A DNA stretch of 64,000 bases, taken from Cycas panzhihuaensis. Lineage: Eukaryota > Plantae > Cycadophyta. The position numbers and the translations under genes were made by a program. Where the stretch lies: NCBI GenBank assembly GCA_023213395.1, contig CM041465.1, positions 188,859,741 through 188,923,740 of the forward strand. The letters are read 5' to 3'. Shown here in pieces: positions 60,800-64,000 of this stretch; positions within the stretch are counted from its first letter, which is position 1; each line of letters starts with the position of its first letter. Under the pieces are notes generated by a model. The model saw nothing but the letters and a program-made list of their open reading frames with translations, had not been told where the DNA came from and did no database searches.

Positions 60800-63700
60800 T
60801 TTTTTTTTTTTGATGAGGTAAAATGAATTATGGGGGTTTTAACTGGGTCCCCAAACCCGTTACATCATAGCCACATGGCAAAGAAAAAATGACCATGACA
60901 GGCCCATGGTCTAACCCAAAATAATATCCTCAGTCCTCATACTGCATTCTTCAACCTTGATCCCGGTTATTTCTCCCTTATGAGCATCACCTAACCAATC
61001 TCAATAACTCCATCGGAAGTCTTCGTTCCACACTATTGATCTTTGCTTGTCACTACTAATTTGCCAACCAATCCGCCACCGAATTGCCCTCTCTATAGGT
61101 GTGTTGAATCAACCTCCGCTCTGTAACTCAAAACATCTTTAGCATCCTCGATGATATCTGAGTTCTCCCACCCCGGGTCTATTTCCCCTTTCAAGCATTT
61201 GATTACGTACATCGAATCCCCCTCTACTATCACCTTTTGAGCATTATCCTCATCCAAAATAGAGGTGGCCCTCGGATAGCCCGGAGCTCAGCTTTCTGAT
61301 TTGATTGAATCCCCAGGTATTCCGCAAAGGCCCATCTCACATTTCCTTCATGATCCCTACAGAGGCCCCCACCTCCCGCCTCCCCGGGGTTGCCTTTACC
61401 GCACCATCGAAATTTGCTTTTACCCGAATCATCCGGGATGCCACTTGACATCTCTTCTTCCGATTTTGACGCCTTCCGGCACTATTCCCCAATCTCGATG
61501 ATATCCTCTTCCCCTAGGGATCCTATCCTCCCTGGTTCCTCCATCATTTCCGAAATGGCCTTTCTGATTTCACCCACCACCACCTGACTATCTCGTTCTT
61601 TACCTTCAAATATCCTTCTATTTCTTTCTTTCCGGATAAACCAAGATCTTACAGGCGGATCATCTTCCAAAGCCACGGAGAGGGATTTGCTCTCAAAGGG
61701 CGAAGTCCATGCATCCCACCGCCGCTAAGGAATAAGAGGAAACCCAAGCTACCCCATCCCGTCCCAGAAAGCATTCCAAATCCCCTCTGAATAAGGACAG
61801 TGGATGGACAGGTGATCCAGGGTTTCCCCCTCCATCTTGCACATCACGCATCTGCTCGCCAACTGGACGCCCCTCTTCAAGAGATTGTCCTGAGTAAGAA
61901 GTTTGTTTGAAGACATCTCCACCAAAGCGCCGCAATTCTAGGGAGAATCCTAGCTTCCGGACCTCGGCCGACTATCATTTCTTTCCCACCCTCCACTGCT
62001 CAACCTCAAGTCATAGCCTGTTTTGACCGTATAAGAACCCTCGGCCGAGGAAGGCCACACCAAGGTATCAGGACCCATCCTCTTCGGAATATACTGTTTA
62101 TCAAGAATCTCTTTCACCCTGAGGATCTCCTCCCCGAGACCAGGGATTTCTTCGAGCGATCTCCATCTCCTGTCCCTACCCTGGCCAACCCAATAGTTCT
62201 TGACTAAAGTGCCATAGCGGTTTACACATTCTCTCCTCAGAATACCTATATTAGGCACATCCTCAAGCTTGAAGGAACCACACCACCTATCTTCCCAAAA
62301 CCTAATACTTTCTCCATCTCCCAGCTTCCATCGTAAACCTTTGCAAAGGAGGGGCCACGCGGACCTGATGGCTCTCCAAACTTGGGATCCTTCCCGACAA
62401 AGCTCCTCCTCCAATGTAAATTGCTTGTCCCCAAATACTTCCTCGCAATGATCTTCCCTGTGTCGAGCCGACATCTTTTGATAGCCGCCATCCCGTCTTA
62501 GCCAAAAGGGCTTCGTTAAAGTAACCTAGTCTTCTGATATTAAGCCCTCCAGCCCACTTGGGTTTGCATACCTTTTCCCAGGACACTAAGTGGAACTTTC
62601 TTTTCTCTTCAGCCCCTGCCCAAAGGAATCGCTTCATGATTCCTTCCAGAATCGCTATGACCTTTCCGGATTTTAAAACCGACATCCGAAGACCTAATGC
62701 TCGCAAAGACGCCCTCAACAATTGGATTTTCCCATTGCGAGGAGAGCCCTTTCCAACCAACGACTTCTTATTGAATCTACTTACTATTGAATCCCACATG
62801 TCTTTCCCCATCCTTCCGATGAAAAGAGGCATACCGAGATAAGAGCTAGGAAGGGTGCCTCTAGCCATCTCCAAAACCTGCAGATCTTACCTTGAAGTCT
62901 CTCGTATTGATAAAGAAGGTGAGCTTTTGTTTAGATTTATTTTTGGTTTGTGGCCTTTTCATACGCTGAAGACCAGTTTTAAAGCCTTGGCCTCCTCAAG
63001 GAGGCCTTACAAAGGAAAATATTGTCATCAACGAATTGATGGAGCACTATGTTGTCTAGATTAGAGGAGACCTTCAATCCCATAATCCTCCCCATCCTCC
63101 GAGCCTCCATCGTCGCCCTACCTAACTCCGCCATTATAATGAGCAGGAAGGGGAGAGGGATCACCTTGCCTCGCCCCTCTCACCCACAAAGAAAGGGGTC
63201 GATCTCCCGTTAATTAGTACTGAAAAGGAAACTCTGGAGATACAGCACCTCATCCATTCCCTCCATATCAACCCAAACCCAAAAGCCTCAAGGCACTCCA
63301 ACAGCAATCCCGTGCCACCCGATCGTATGCCTTTGTCATATCTGTTTTGACAATCATACCAGCTTCCTTGCGTTGCACCGTCGAGTGCAAGGTTTCATGA
63401 ACTATTATAATGCCATCTGCAATTAGTCTGCCTTTGACAAACCCATCCTGGTTTGGGGATATGATGTCCTAAGAAATTGCTTCAAAGCGGTTCGCCAAGA
63501 CTTTTGCTAAAATCTTATATTTCACGTTACACAGACTAATCGGTCTGAAGTCTTCCATAAATTCCACACCCTCCTTCTTCTAATCAACGCCAAGAATGTA
63601 GCCCGCCACTCTTTCAGACCAGTGCGCTCGAAGAACTCGTTAAGCTCCTCCATCAGGTCATCCTTTATAATCTCCCAAGATTCTGAAAGAAACACGGGGA

Positions 63701-64000
63701 AGCCGTCCGACCAGAGCCTTATCACGCCCATCTTGAATAAAGCCCTCTCCACCTCCTCCCGAGAAAAGGGTTCAACCAATTTGTTATTCGGTCCTCATTT
63801 ATCAATCTCGGGATATGGTGAAGGAGTGCCTCCCTAAGGGCGGGATCTTGACATCCCGGCTCTGTAAATAACTCCTTAAAATATTCCATAGCAATGCCCC
63901 CAATCTGATCCTCCGCTTCAAACACATCCCCCTCCCTGCTCCGGATTTTAGAGATCCTGTTATGAACCCTATGTGTCATCGTAGACAAATGGAAGAATTT
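60800..64000 (-). mobile_element. L1-clade plant LINE, 3' part of ORF2 (RT, zf-RVT, RNase H-like RVT_3) with poly(A) tail
   Basis: T12 at 60800-60811 (..CTCATC-A12 on minus). Motifs [73 protein letters not shown]. Runs off the window end. Confidence 0.95.

Overview
Land-plant nuclear DNA. The AT-richness, CG/CHG erosion and deep retroelement nesting suggest a large-genome lineage such as a gymnosperm (inference). There is one intact host gene: a two-exon FCS-like zinc finger (FLZ/DUF581, SnRK1-interacting family) gene at 5557-7349, inside a CpG-rich island of about 4.65-8.1 kb. Almost everything else is nested retroelements, and I resolved boundaries and 5-bp TSDs by eye for seven of them: a Reina-like chromovirus, a Tork-like copia, a young short-LTR copia and four non-autonomous Gag-only (TR-GAG-like) LTR elements. 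A truncated fifth Gag-only copy, a long-leader copia, an L1 LINE and older gypsy/copia relics are also present. The most notable observation concerns the Gag-only elements. They share one architecture: LTR, tRNA-iMet PBS, variable cargo zone, conserved leader, one short ORF (Gag N-terminus + linker + RNase H C-terminal tail), PPT, LTR. Two of them carry recognisable host-gene fragments, all antisense to the element: DET1 in one copy, and a UPL1/2-type HECT E3 ligase piece abutting an intron-less PP1/TOPP piece in another. Protein identifications rest on motifs recalled from memory, not database searches.
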